DNA of 63,818 nucleotides, filler included. It is 8 parts of 8 records of this genome, joined end to end, with 100 filler letters (N's around TTAATTAATTAA, not from the genome) between each part and the next. Parts side by side here need not be neighbours in the genome. Positions count along the whole stretch, not along the records: positions 28,168 to 38,149 come from SRR31147125_14582; 7 more parts are not named here. One strand, given 5' to 3'. The position numbers and the translations under genes are program-made. This document shows, piece after piece, positions 29,707-38,249 of this stretch. Position 1 is the first letter of the stretch. Each line of letters starts with the position of its first letter. The notes under the pieces are model-generated. The model saw only the letters and a program-made list of their open reading frames with translations. It was not told where the DNA came from and did not search any database.

Positions 29707-31041
29707 TTATAGCTTATTTAGTTTATCAATCTTCGGTTTGAACGCTTTAAAAGCCTTCAGAAGTCCTTCCGTTAGTTTGTCAATTTCATTCTGAGTAATA
29801 ACAGTTGAAAGCATACACGAAAAGGTATTTATCATCAAGGTATTTTCCTGGTAATACATAAAGTCGAGCAGCTTGTTAATCAATGTTTTTCCCTCATCGC
29901 TTAAGTAAGCCTCGCGATATGTAGTTGGAGGAGTTGCGCGCAAATGCATGCGAAACATAGACCCGGCACCGGTTACAGACATTGGAACATCTGCCAGCAT
30001 CATCGCTTCCCGAATCTGACTTACTGCTTTTTCCGTCAAGGCATTCAATCTTTCCACGGCTTCCCTGTCGTAATATTTCATTGCTTCGTAGCCGGCTGTC
30101 ATTGTGATCGGGTTGGCCGAAAATGTTCCGGAATGAGGCAACAAAAGGCTCTTTTCATGCGGGTCGAAAACTTTCATCACTTCGGCTCTTCCGGCCACTG
30201 CTCCCACCGGAAATCCGCCACCGATAATTTTTCCAAGGGAAGTGAGGTCAGGTTTTACACTATATTTTTCCTGTGCTCCGCCGTAATTTACCCTGAATGT
30301 TATTACCTCATCGAAAACCAGCAAAGCCTCATTTTTACGGGTCCAGTCATAAAGGGCTTCAATAAAATCGTTGTTTCCGGGAACAAGTCCCACTCTGTGC
30401 GGAACAGGATCTACTATTACACAAGCAATATCAGCGGCTTGTTTATCGAGAATACTTAAGGTGCGTTCAATGTCGTTGTACGGATAAATAATTACATCTT
30501 TCGAGACACAGGGCGGCGTACCGTGAGCCAAAGGAACGCTGTGTGGTTTGTCTTCTTTTCCCCAGTTAGAAGGATTGGCAGTTTGGCTGACTTCTGCAAA
30601 ATCGTAGGTTCCATGATAAGCACCTTCGGCTTTGGCAATTTTTGGCCGGCCGGTGTAAGCGCGCGAAGCTTTTATCATTGCCATAACCGCTTCGGTACCG
30701 GAGTTTACAAACCGAATGCGTTCCAGACTTTGTACACGCTCGATTAAATGTGTGGCAAAGGCCACCTCAATTTCAGAGGCAAGTGTGTAGGCCGTTCCTT
30801 TTTTCAGCTGTTCGATAACCGCATTTACAATTGGCGCGAACGAATGCCCGTGAATTAAAGCTGCCATATTATTGGCAAAATCTATTCGTTTTGTGCCATC
30901 AATATCAGTTATGTAACAGCCTGACGCAGTGTTGGCATAGTTGGGATATGGTTTTCGGAAAATGGTATTCCGACTCACACCACCAACAATAACATTGCGT
31001 GCTTTACTGTACAATTCCTCGCTATTTTCTTTTTCTGACAT
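29707..31041 (-). CDS. Class III PLP aminotransferase, GSA-aminomutase-like, probable beta-amino-acid transaminase
   Basis: NSGTEA, GAYHG, FDEVIT, LGKIIGGGFPVGA (PLP lysine) and HSGTFSANP. The N-terminus reads GGVSRNTIF rather than the HemL GGVNSPVRAF. Confidence 0.85.
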   Translation of the reverse strand: MSEKENSEELYSKARNVIVGGVSRNTIFRKPYPNYANTASGCYITDIDGTKRIDFANNMAALIHGHSFAPIVNAVIEQLKKGTAYTLASEIEVAFATHLIERVQSLERIRFVNSGTEAVMAMIKASRAYTGRPKIAKAEGAYHGTYDFAEVSQTANPSNWGKEDKPHSVPLAHGTPPCVSKDVIIYPYNDIERTLSILDKQAADIACVIVDPVPHRVGLVPGNNDFIEALYDWTRKNEALLVFDEVITFRVNYGGAQEKYSVKPDLTSLGKIIGGGFPVGAVAGRAEVMKVFDPHEKSLLLPHSGTFSANPITMTAGYEAMKYYDREAVERLNALTEKAVSQIREAMMLADVPMSVTGAGSMFRMHLRATPPTTYREAYLSDEGKTLINKLLDFMYYQENTLMINTFSCMLSTVITQNEIDKLTEGLLKAFKAFKPKIDKLNKL

Positions 31042-31060
31042 AGCTTCAGTTTTTATTGAA

Positions 31061-31717
31061 TTATGACAAATGCAATTCAGCTTCGGTATGTTCCTGCAGA
31101 AACTTAAAATCCACTCCGGGAGCTAATTCCCTGACGAAAAGCTTTTTATCTTTCACATCAATTATTGCGAAGTTGGTATAGATTCTACTTACCACATTTT
31201 TACCCGTTAAAGGGTAAGTGCATTGTTTTACAATTTTAGGCACACCCGTTTTTGTGATGTGTTTTGTAATAACAAAAATGGTTTTTACGCCGGCTACCAA
31301 ATCCATGGCGCCACCAACTGCCGGAATATCATTTGGATTACCGGTAGACCAGTTGGCTAAATCGCCCTCTTCAGAGACCTGATAGGCTCCCAAAACACAA
31401 ATATCAATGTGTCCTCCACGTATCATCGAAAAGCTGTCGGCATGATGAAAATAAGCAGCACCGGGAATTGCCGTAACGTATTTTTTACCGGCGTTTACCA
31501 ATTCCGGATCTTGCTTGCCCTCATCGGCAACTTTGCCCATTCCGAGCAAACCGTTTTCGGTGTGGTAAATAACCTCGCGGCCTTCGGGAATAAAACCGGC
31601 CACCATTTCAGGAATCCCAATTCCAAGATTCACATACGCACCATCGTAAATATCCATGGCCACTTTTTGTGCCATTTCTGCGGTGGTCCAGCCAATGGTT
31701 TTAGTATTTAATTCCAT
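31061..31717 (-). CDS. pcaJ: 3-oxoacid (3-oxoadipate) CoA-transferase subunit B
   Basis: YVNLGIGIP, catalytic Glu in HTENG, SFSMIRGGH and PAVGGAMDL. The start is more likely the ATG at 31717 than 31753. Confidence 0.85.
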   Translation of the reverse strand: MELNTKTIGWTTAEMAQKVAMDIYDGAYVNLGIGIPEMVAGFIPEGREVIYHTENGLLGMGKVADEGKQDPELVNAGKKYVTAIPGAAYFHHADSFSMIRGGHIDICVLGAYQVSEEGDLANWSTGNPNDIPAVGGAMDLVAGVKTIFVITKHITKTGVPKIVKQCTYPLTGKNVVSRIYTNFAIIDVKDKKLFVRELAPGVDFKFLQEHTEAELHLS

Positions 31718-32423
31718 GATATTTTTCGTTTTTTGCAACCAGTTTCGATTCATCTGCCGGATTATTAACCTCCACTACGCGATGCACAAAAATGCCCGGT
31801 GTAATTACGTGTTCCGGATTTATTTCGCCCAATTCTACAACTTGTTTTGCCTGAACAATTGTTGTTTTTGCAGCCATGCACATTACCGGTCCAAAATTTC
31901 GGGCGGTTTTGTTGTAAATCAGATTTCCATATTTGTCGGCAGCAGCGCATTTTACCAATGCAAAATCGGCTTGAATGGCTTTTTCCATTACATAGCTTTT
32001 CCCATTAAATTGGCGTTGTTCCTTTCCATCGGCCAAGGGAGTATTTACCGAAGTAGGTGTAAAAAATGCGGGGATTCCTGCTCCGGCAGCGCGGATTCTT
32101 TCAGCTAAAGTTCCCTGCGGAACCAGTTCCAGTTCAATCTCTCCGGCACGATACAATTCAGGAAAAACCACCGAAATTGCGGTACGTGGGAAAGAGCAGA
32201 GAATCTTTTTCACCTGACGATTTTCAATTAACGCTGCCAATCCAACATGACCACTACCTGCATTATTGCTTACAATGGTTAGGTTTTTAGCTCCTTGATC
32301 TACCAAGGCATGAATAAGCTCAACCGGACTGCCGGCTTCACCAAATCCGCTAATCATTACAGTTGCACCGTCGAAAATTCCTGACACTGCTTCTTGTGCT
32401 GTTCCAACAACCTTGTTAATCAT
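31701..32423 (-). CDS. pcaI: 3-oxoacid (3-oxoadipate) CoA-transferase subunit A
   Basis: MINKV...GFGEAGSP, SNNAG, the PcaI-type CSFPR, PQGTLAERIRAAGAGIPAFFTPT and ARNFGPVM. Confidence 0.87.
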   Translation of the reverse strand: MINKVVGTAQEAVSGIFDGATVMISGFGEAGSPVELIHALVDQGAKNLTIVSNNAGSGHVGLAALIENRQVKKILCSFPRTAISVVFPELYRAGEIELELVPQGTLAERIRAAGAGIPAFFTPTSVNTPLADGKEQRQFNGKSYVMEKAIQADFALVKCAAADKYGNLIYNKTARNFGPVMCMAAKTTIVQAKQVVELGEINPEHVITPGIFVHRVVEVNNPADESKLVAKNEKYHGIKY

Positions 32424-32429
32424 TAGAAT

Positions 32430-33987
32430 CTAACTTTTTTGTTTCTCTCTTTTCAATGCTTCCTCAAGCTGGCTTTCAATAATTTCCAGCTCATCCTCGT
32501 AGAAATATTTATCTGCTTTGTAGGGCTTCAGTTTTTCAATGGTATTTTCCTGTTCGTCGTATTCAGCAAAATACACGTCGCTCATCCAGGTCATATTCCG
32601 TGCTTCGTTAAACTTCAGTGCAAAAACCTTTTCGCCATTAATTTTGGTAGTACCGAGCAACGATGTTTTTCCGGCCGACGAGGTCATGGTAATATATCTC
32701 GACGGGCGGTTTATGGAAGCTAATCCCTGAAAAACTTTATTGAAAATTTTTGCAATCTCTGCCAGTGGAGCAGTAAAATAATGATGTTCGCCGGTAGGTC
32801 GTGCACAGTACATCGAGTGGAAACCAATTCCCAACATGGCCATAATATTGCCAAGGTCGATCCAGTTTTGTGCCGAGCGGTCGATATCTACTTTGCCATT
32901 TTCGTCTTTAAAAAGGCTAATGTGGTTCATTATCGGACTTTGACTTTTAATATTCAGCCCGTACTTTTTTAAACGACGCACCGCAGCAACAGCTCCCGGA
33001 TTCATTAATTCGCGCGGAGTAGAAAGGTGTGCCATCCACATTACCTGGATCTCCATTATCGACCACATTTCTCAGTAATTCCAGAATCTTTTTGAAGCTA
33101 TTACTCAACAAAAATTCGGGATGAAAGGTAATTGCTCGCGAACCAATTCTAACTGTTCGAATGTGTTGCAATTCCTCATCTTTAATTAAAGGTGTAAGGT
33201 ATTCTTTCAGACGTTCGTAACTAATATAACCGCCATCGCCACCGGTAATTAAAATATCGGTAACTTCTTTGTGCTTTCTTAAATAATTATGTACTTGTTT
33301 TATGTCTTTCTGAACAAACATATCCTCGTCGCCACGAACCTGTGCATGGCGGAAACAGTAGGTACAAAAAGCAAAACAGTTTTGAGTTCCGGCATCCAAG
33401 ATCAATTTGATAGGCGGATATTTGTGCTGGCTGCCCTCCAGAATTTCAAGCTGACCTTCGTCGTTGTAGAAGAAAGGCTTATTTAGTTTTTGTTTGCCAT
33501 CGTGCGGGTTGGTTTTCAGCTGATAAGCTTCAACCACTTTCTTTCGTTCCACATCGCTGGTGGCATCGAGATATTTTTGCACATCATCTTTGTTAATCAT
33601 TCCGGCCTGTGGAAAAATTAAATGATAAAGTGAGTCGTTTTTATAATTCTCACGGTCTATGGTGTTCAAAATATGTTTTGTTGCCATAAAACGGTACACT
33701 TCCAGAAAAAACTCACGTTCCTTTTCATCGCCTATTTTTATGCCTTTTCCCTTCAGAATTTGCATAATCTCGCGAAATCCTTTCAATCCGGTATAATGAG
33801 TTTTCCCCGTGAACATTGCTTCGCCGGTCTTCTGAAATCCGGAATACTGCGGATAACAACTTTGCAAACGATTCAGCAGTCCCAGTGGAAGTAATTCTTC
33901 GTCTTCAATAGTTTTAATGGTTTCCGGTGCAAAATCGTAGGCACCCAACATTGTTCTGATATCAGAGCTTTTTATTTCTCTCTTCAT
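32430..33987 (-). CDS. KamA-family radical-SAM/PLP amino-acid 2,3-aminomutase, about 518 aa, split by a 1-nt insertion near 33051
   Basis: QHKYP, CFAFCTYCFR (CxxxCxxC), DILITGGD, QSPIMNHI and the PLP-lysine motif SSAGK. Removing one base from GAT AAT GGA G ATC CAG gives continuous VVDNGIQVMWMAHLSTPRE. Confidence 0.88.
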
Positions 33988-34491
33988 CGTTTATAATCTG
34001 TTTAAGTATGTAGTAATTTCAAATAAAATATAGCACAGAGTATACGTGCTGACTCATTCCGAAGTTCTCTTATCGACATTCAATAAGAAAAAGAAAACAG
34101 AAATAAATAAGATGGCAAATGCCAATAAGAGTATGGAACATAAATTGTTGCGGCTGCAACTAATGCGAAACCAAATCATCATCGAGACACTCGGGCATGC
34201 CTTGATAAAAAAATACGGGACATGAATACGATTGTACCATGAGCACAATTTATGAAAATTATGATTGACAGACCATGATATTTTAGATGTTTTATAAAAC
34301 AGTAAAACATCAGGCTTTTTCTAATAAAAAATCGCCAACTTACAAGGCTTGAAAAATGAGTTTATTTAGTCGGATAACATTAATCAACAAAACAAGATTA
34401 TTCAACATCAACTCAAATTAGTAATTAAAAAATTGAACGAATATCAAATTTTTTCGTTTGAGGGAGTAGAAACAATTAAGGAAACAGAAAG

Positions 34492-35817
34492 ATGAAAGTA
34501 TTATTACTTGGCGCCGGTATGGTTGCCAAACCCATTGCAGATTTTATTTTAAACAACAATATTGAACTTACTATTGCCAGCCGTACAGTTTCGAAAGCTG
34601 AAAAGCTGATTAAAGACCGCCCAAACGGGAAAGCTTTGGAATGGACCGTTGAAGATATTGAGACACTCGACAAACTGATTGCTGAACACGACCTGGCAGT
34701 AAGCCTTTTACCTTATACATATCATGTAACGGTAGCCAAACTTTGTATTAAGCACAAAAAAAACATGGTTACCACCTCGTATGTTTCGGAAGAAATGAAA
34801 GCACTTGATGCCGAAGCCAAAGAAGCTGGAATTATTATTCTGAATGAAATTGGGGTTGATCCGGGCTTCGACCACATGACAGCCATGCGTATAATCGATA
34901 AGGTTCAGGCTGAAGGTGGAAAGATTAAAGAATTCTACTCGTTGTGTGGAGCCTTGCCGGCACCCGAAGAAGCAGACAATCCGCTTGGGTACAAATTTTC
35001 GTGGTCGCCACGAGGTGTGATTATGGCCGGTAACAATGGTGCAAAATTCAAAAAAGAAGGAGAGATCGTAGAAATTCCGACCGAAAATCTTTTTAAGAAT
35101 CCACTGAAAATTAATTTCCCGGAAGTAGGAAAAATGCAGGTTTATCCGAACCGAGACTCGCTGGCTTATATTGATATTTACAAGCTGCCAAACGTAGAAA
35201 CAATGTACCGTGGCACTTTCCGTTTCCCGAACTGGTGCGAAACTATGGATGCCTTAAAAACATTAGGACTTACTACTTCCGAGCAAAAATCTTTTGAAGG
35301 AAAAACCTACCGAAAAGTTATGGCTCGCCGACTGCAGGTTTACCCAGCTAATCTTAAAGAAAAAGTTGCCGAACGATTAAATTTAACACTTGGAAGTCCG
35401 GCAATGGAAGCCATGGAGTGGCTTGGCTTATTCTGCGACGACCTGGTACGAATGGAAGAAGGTTCGAACTTAGACTTGCTTACCGACCTAATGCTACAAA
35501 AAATGATGCTGCCCGAGGGTGCACGCGATATGGTAATTATGCTCCACTCCTTCCTGGTTGAAAAGGCCGACGGAACAAAAGAGGTAATTAAATCGCGCCT
35601 GCTTGATTTCGCTACCAAAGAAGACACATCGATTGCCCGAACGGTTGCTTTGCCTGCTGCCATTGCAGTTAAAATGATTCTGGATGGAAAAATTACAGAC
35701 ACAGGAGTTCATATTCCGGTAGCCAAAACAATTTACGAACCAATTTTGAACGAATTGGAAAAATTAGGAATTGCGATGGTTGAAGAATGGGGACTTTCGG
35801 AGGAATTTAAGATTTAG
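34492..35817 (+). CDS. Saccharopine dehydrogenase (Lys9 / AASS SDH-domain-like, glutamate-forming)
   Basis: LLLGAGMV, SLLPY, MVTTSY, NEIGVDPGFDHM, CGALPAPE..DNPLGYKFSWSPRG, YPNRDS, RGTFR and IARTVALP. Confidence 0.92.
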   Translation: MKVLLLGAGMVAKPIADFILNNNIELTIASRTVSKAEKLIKDRPNGKALEWTVEDIETLDKLIAEHDLAVSLLPYTYHVTVAKLCIKHKKNMVTTSYVSEEMKALDAEAKEAGIIILNEIGVDPGFDHMTAMRIIDKVQAEGGKIKEFYSLCGALPAPEEADNPLGYKFSWSPRGVIMAGNNGAKFKKEGEIVEIPTENLFKNPLKINFPEVGKMQVYPNRDSLAYIDIYKLPNVETMYRGTFRFPNWCETMDALKTLGLTTSEQKSFEGKTYRKVMARRLQVYPANLKEKVAERLNLTLGSPAMEAMEWLGLFCDDLVRMEEGSNLDLLTDLMLQKMMLPEGARDMVIMLHSFLVEKADGTKEVIKSRLLDFATKEDTSIARTVALPAAIAVKMILDGKITDTGVHIPVAKTIYEPILNELEKLGIAMVEEWGLSEEFKI

Positions 35818-35840
35818 AGTATAGAAATCGAGGTAGATAT

Positions 35841-35889
35841 AAAGACCGGGGCTGTGTAAAAATAGAAAATACAGCCCCGGTCTTTTTTT
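35841..35889. terminator. Strong intrinsic terminator, probably bidirectional
   Basis: Perfect 15-bp stem AAAGACCGGGGCTGT / ACAGCCCCGGTCTTT plus a T-run. Confidence 0.85.
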
Positions 35890-35904
35890 GCTAAATTTTT
35901 GCTT

Positions 35905-35946
35905 TTAAGAATGAATGCAAATATTTGAATCCAAGAGGTATTGCAT
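35905..35946 (-). pseudogene. Truncated VapC (PIN) toxin stub
   Basis: The ATG overlaps the upstream stop (TAATG) and encodes MQYLLDSNICIHS*, which matches the PIN N-terminal motif YLLDTNICI. Confidence 0.7.
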
Positions 35947-36185
35947 TAGAATTCAATCAAATCATTTTTATCAGTTCTCGAGTCTTTAATTTCTTTAATG
36001 ATTTCATCCGAATCTTTAGAATCTTCCCAAGCTCCAAACAGACTTTTTAAATCAAAATCTTTTCCTCTTTTTTCTTCAATTGATTCTGATAATTTCATAA
36101 TTAACTTTTTTTTCGAGCCTTTATCTAATCGAGTTAAAAATCTGAAATATCTATCTATCGTTCTATTTGATAAGGCAAGTCCCAT
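35946..36185 (-). CDS. Small probable antitoxin (VapB-like)
   Basis: 79 aa with LFGAWED...EIIKEI..SR; translationally coupled to the VapC stub. Confidence 0.65.
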   Translation of the reverse strand: MGLALSNRTIDRYFRFLTRLDKGSKKKLIMKLSESIEEKRGKDFDLKSLFGAWEDSKDSDEIIKEIKDSRTDKNDLIEF

Positions 36186-36596
36186 AACTTATAATTGTTT
36201 CAGTTTCAAATATACTACATTCTATTTTATACGGTTCTGTGCCCTCATTCTTAATAAAATCAAGATCAATGCTTCTAAACTGATAATTATTTATCTTGTA
36301 TTAAAAAATAGGAGTAAAATGCCAATAAAACAAAAACTCTTAACAGCCCTCGAAACGGAAAAAGATGGCGAAAAGAACGGCCACGAAGTCTCCAAAACAC
36401 AAAATTTCACGAAGACTCGCATAAATCTGCTAACAATAAAAAATAACAAAGTTTCGCGTAAATGCGCTTAGCGCTTAACTGGCAGCAAAACAACAAGTAA
36501 CAGATTGTGAGATTCTTGAGAAAGTCTGTAACTAACAGCGTAATGCAATGGAATGAAAGAATCTTTCCAAATTCAGTTTTCAATAATCAATAGGAA

Positions 36597-37355
36597 TTAC
36601 ATCTTCAAATCCCTTTCTCGCCTCCTCAAAAACACCAAACTCGCCCCGGCTAAAATCAATCCAACAGTCAGCATCTCAACCGAGCCCAGATACAGGTTAA
36701 ACCGGTCCAGTTCGCCCAGGTATTTATCGGAGTTTAAAATATGATGATTACAGCCAAACATTACCACCATCCAGCCAAAATGCAGGGCCCATGAATATCC
36801 AATATGGCCTGTGGCAAAAATCAGGTTGTTGCGGGTAAAGCCAACCAGAAGCAGGGTAATTAAGGCAGTAAATTGCAGAGTTCCTCTATCGAGGAAAATC
36901 CATTTGTAGAATACAAAGTGAACCAGCGAAAAAATTACGGCAAAACCTAAAGAAATAACTAAGGGCGAAAATTTTGTACTTCTCTTCAACGAAAAAAGGG
37001 CAATGGCTCCCAGCACCATTTCCTCGTTTAAAATGTAAAAAACATCGTGAAAATAATTCTGCCAGGTTCCGGTTTCAATTTCAATGTTTTTGCTGCTGCC
37101 AATCCATTTCATAATTAAAAATGAAAAGGCGGTTATAACAGCCACTAAAACAGCAGTTTTAAAAATGGTTCTGCCATTTAGTTTTACCCCGAGCATTGGC
37201 AAAAATTCATCTTTCCAGCGTAACCAGCCCAAAAAGACAATTAAAATTGAGCCCAGCATTGAATACCACCAACCCTGAAAATAATAGTACGAAAAGGCCA
37301 AATGAACCAGAACTATCAGCGAAAACAGTGCTATTTTTTTATATCGGGTAAACAT
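36597..37355 (-). CDS. CPBP (CAAX protease-like) intramembrane metalloprotease family protein
   Basis: Multi-TM protein with EE (NEEMVLG), FxxxH (FSLVH) and a further His motif (ALHFGW). Confidence 0.65.
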   Translation of the reverse strand: MFTRYKKIALFSLIVLVHLAFSYYYFQGWWYSMLGSILIVFLGWLRWKDEFLPMLGVKLNGRTIFKTAVLVAVITAFSFLIMKWIGSSKNIEIETGTWQNYFHDVFYILNEEMVLGAIALFSLKRSTKFSPLVISLGFAVIFSLVHFVFYKWIFLDRGTLQFTALITLLLVGFTRNNLIFATGHIGYSWALHFGWMVVMFGCNHHILNSDKYLGELDRFNLYLGSVEMLTVGLILAGASLVFLRRRERDLKM

Positions 37356-37411
37356 GCCTGAATTTATTCATTATAAACGATTAACAAATTTATTCGAATA
37401 CAAAAACACAG

Positions 37412-37454
37412 TTCGACTACGCTCACTGTGACAGTCAGGCTGAACGAAGTCGAA
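37412..37454. repeat. REP-like palindromic element
   Basis: Imperfect inverted repeat TTCGACTACGCTCA...TGAACGAAGTCGAA, intergenic. Confidence 0.65.
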
Positions 37455-37497
37455 GTCAGACTTGATAATTTCAATTAAACCGTTTCTGGTGCATTTT

Positions 37498-37899
37498 TTA
37501 CTCATAATTCTCCGACAAAGCAAGCAAAACCGTCTCCGCTTTCTCGGCATCGTTTTTATCCACAAAAATATGGTCGTGATAGTAGCCGGAAACTACATTG
37601 CAACTTATGTTGTGTTTGGCCAGTTCGGTAGAAAAAATTGCTGTCAGCCCAACTGCTTCTAACGAAGAATGAATCCTCAGTGTAATCCACGATGCCACAA
37701 ACTCGTAATCGAGTTTTAAGCGGTCGGCATGTTGGCGGTCTATTACAAGTGTTATTCCTTCTGCCTCGCGAAACATACAAATACTTTGCGTGCAGGTTAT
37801 TTCATCGAGTTCTTCTACGGTGGTAAAAACATATTCGCCATCGTTTAGTTGGGGTTGCATTCCCCGTATTAGTTCTGTAATATTTTTTTCTCCGGCCAT
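37498..37899 (-). CDS. ACT domain-containing protein (DUF2241 / ACT_7 type)
   Basis: MAGEKN...FREAEGIT...ITLRIHSSLEAVGLTA...ISCNVVSGYYHDHIFV. Confidence 0.9.
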   Translation of the reverse strand: MAGEKNITELIRGMQPQLNDGEYVFTTVEELDEITCTQSICMFREAEGITLVIDRQHADRLKLDYEFVASWITLRIHSSLEAVGLTAIFSTELAKHNISCNVVSGYYHDHIFVDKNDAEKAETVLLALSENYE

Positions 37900-38080
37900 T
37901 CCGAAAGGTCTTTTGGTTTAGTGTAAAAGTAATGAAATGTTTTTTTGATTCTGGATATTGGATTTAGAGGGCTAAAATATTTGCATTTCGTCATTTGAGA
38001 TTATTCCGATAGCTTTTGTTGTTTCAATCCACTTCTTGGGAGTAAGAGAAAAACTGTTTGAACCAGATTCATTTCTAAAC

Positions 38081-38096
38081 CCATCGAATTCGATGG
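38081..38096. repeat. Perfect 16-bp palindrome (REP-like)
   Basis: CCATCGAATTCGATGG. Confidence 0.55.
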
Positions 38097-38149
38097 AGTT
38101 AAAATCCAGATTATTCAGAATGTTGATTTTCATCTGTATAATTTTTTTT

Positions 38150-38249
38150 NNNNNNNNNNNNNNNNNNNNNNNNNNNNNNNNNNNNNNNNNNNNTTAATTA
38201 ATTAANNNNNNNNNNNNNNNNNNNNNNNNNNNNNNNNNNNNNNNNNNNN
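38150..38249. other. Artificial contig spacer
   Basis: N44-TTAATTAATTAA-N44. Confidence 0.99.

Noticed and set aside
29707-31041. hemL (glutamate-1-semialdehyde aminomutase)
   Set aside because: It lacks the GGVNSPVRAF signature and has no tetrapyrrole gene context.
32430-33987. Programmed frameshift or a two-subunit aminomutase
   Set aside because: There is no slippery heptamer, the break falls inside the radical-SAM barrel, and similar one-base indels occur throughout the window.
32430-33987. EpmB (EF-P beta-lysylation) or a classical clostridial lysine fermentation kamA
   Set aside because: No efp/epmA or kamDE/kdd/kce genes are adjacent, the protein is much longer than EpmB, and the amine-binding Asp motifs are missing.
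34020-34250. Lysine riboswitch or Lys-rich leader peptide
   Set aside because: No recognisable L-box consensus, and the short ORFs there are not Lys-rich.
35998-36471. 157-aa plus-strand ORF
   Set aside because: It overlaps the antitoxin antisense and runs through repeat-like intergenic DNA, with no protein-like features.
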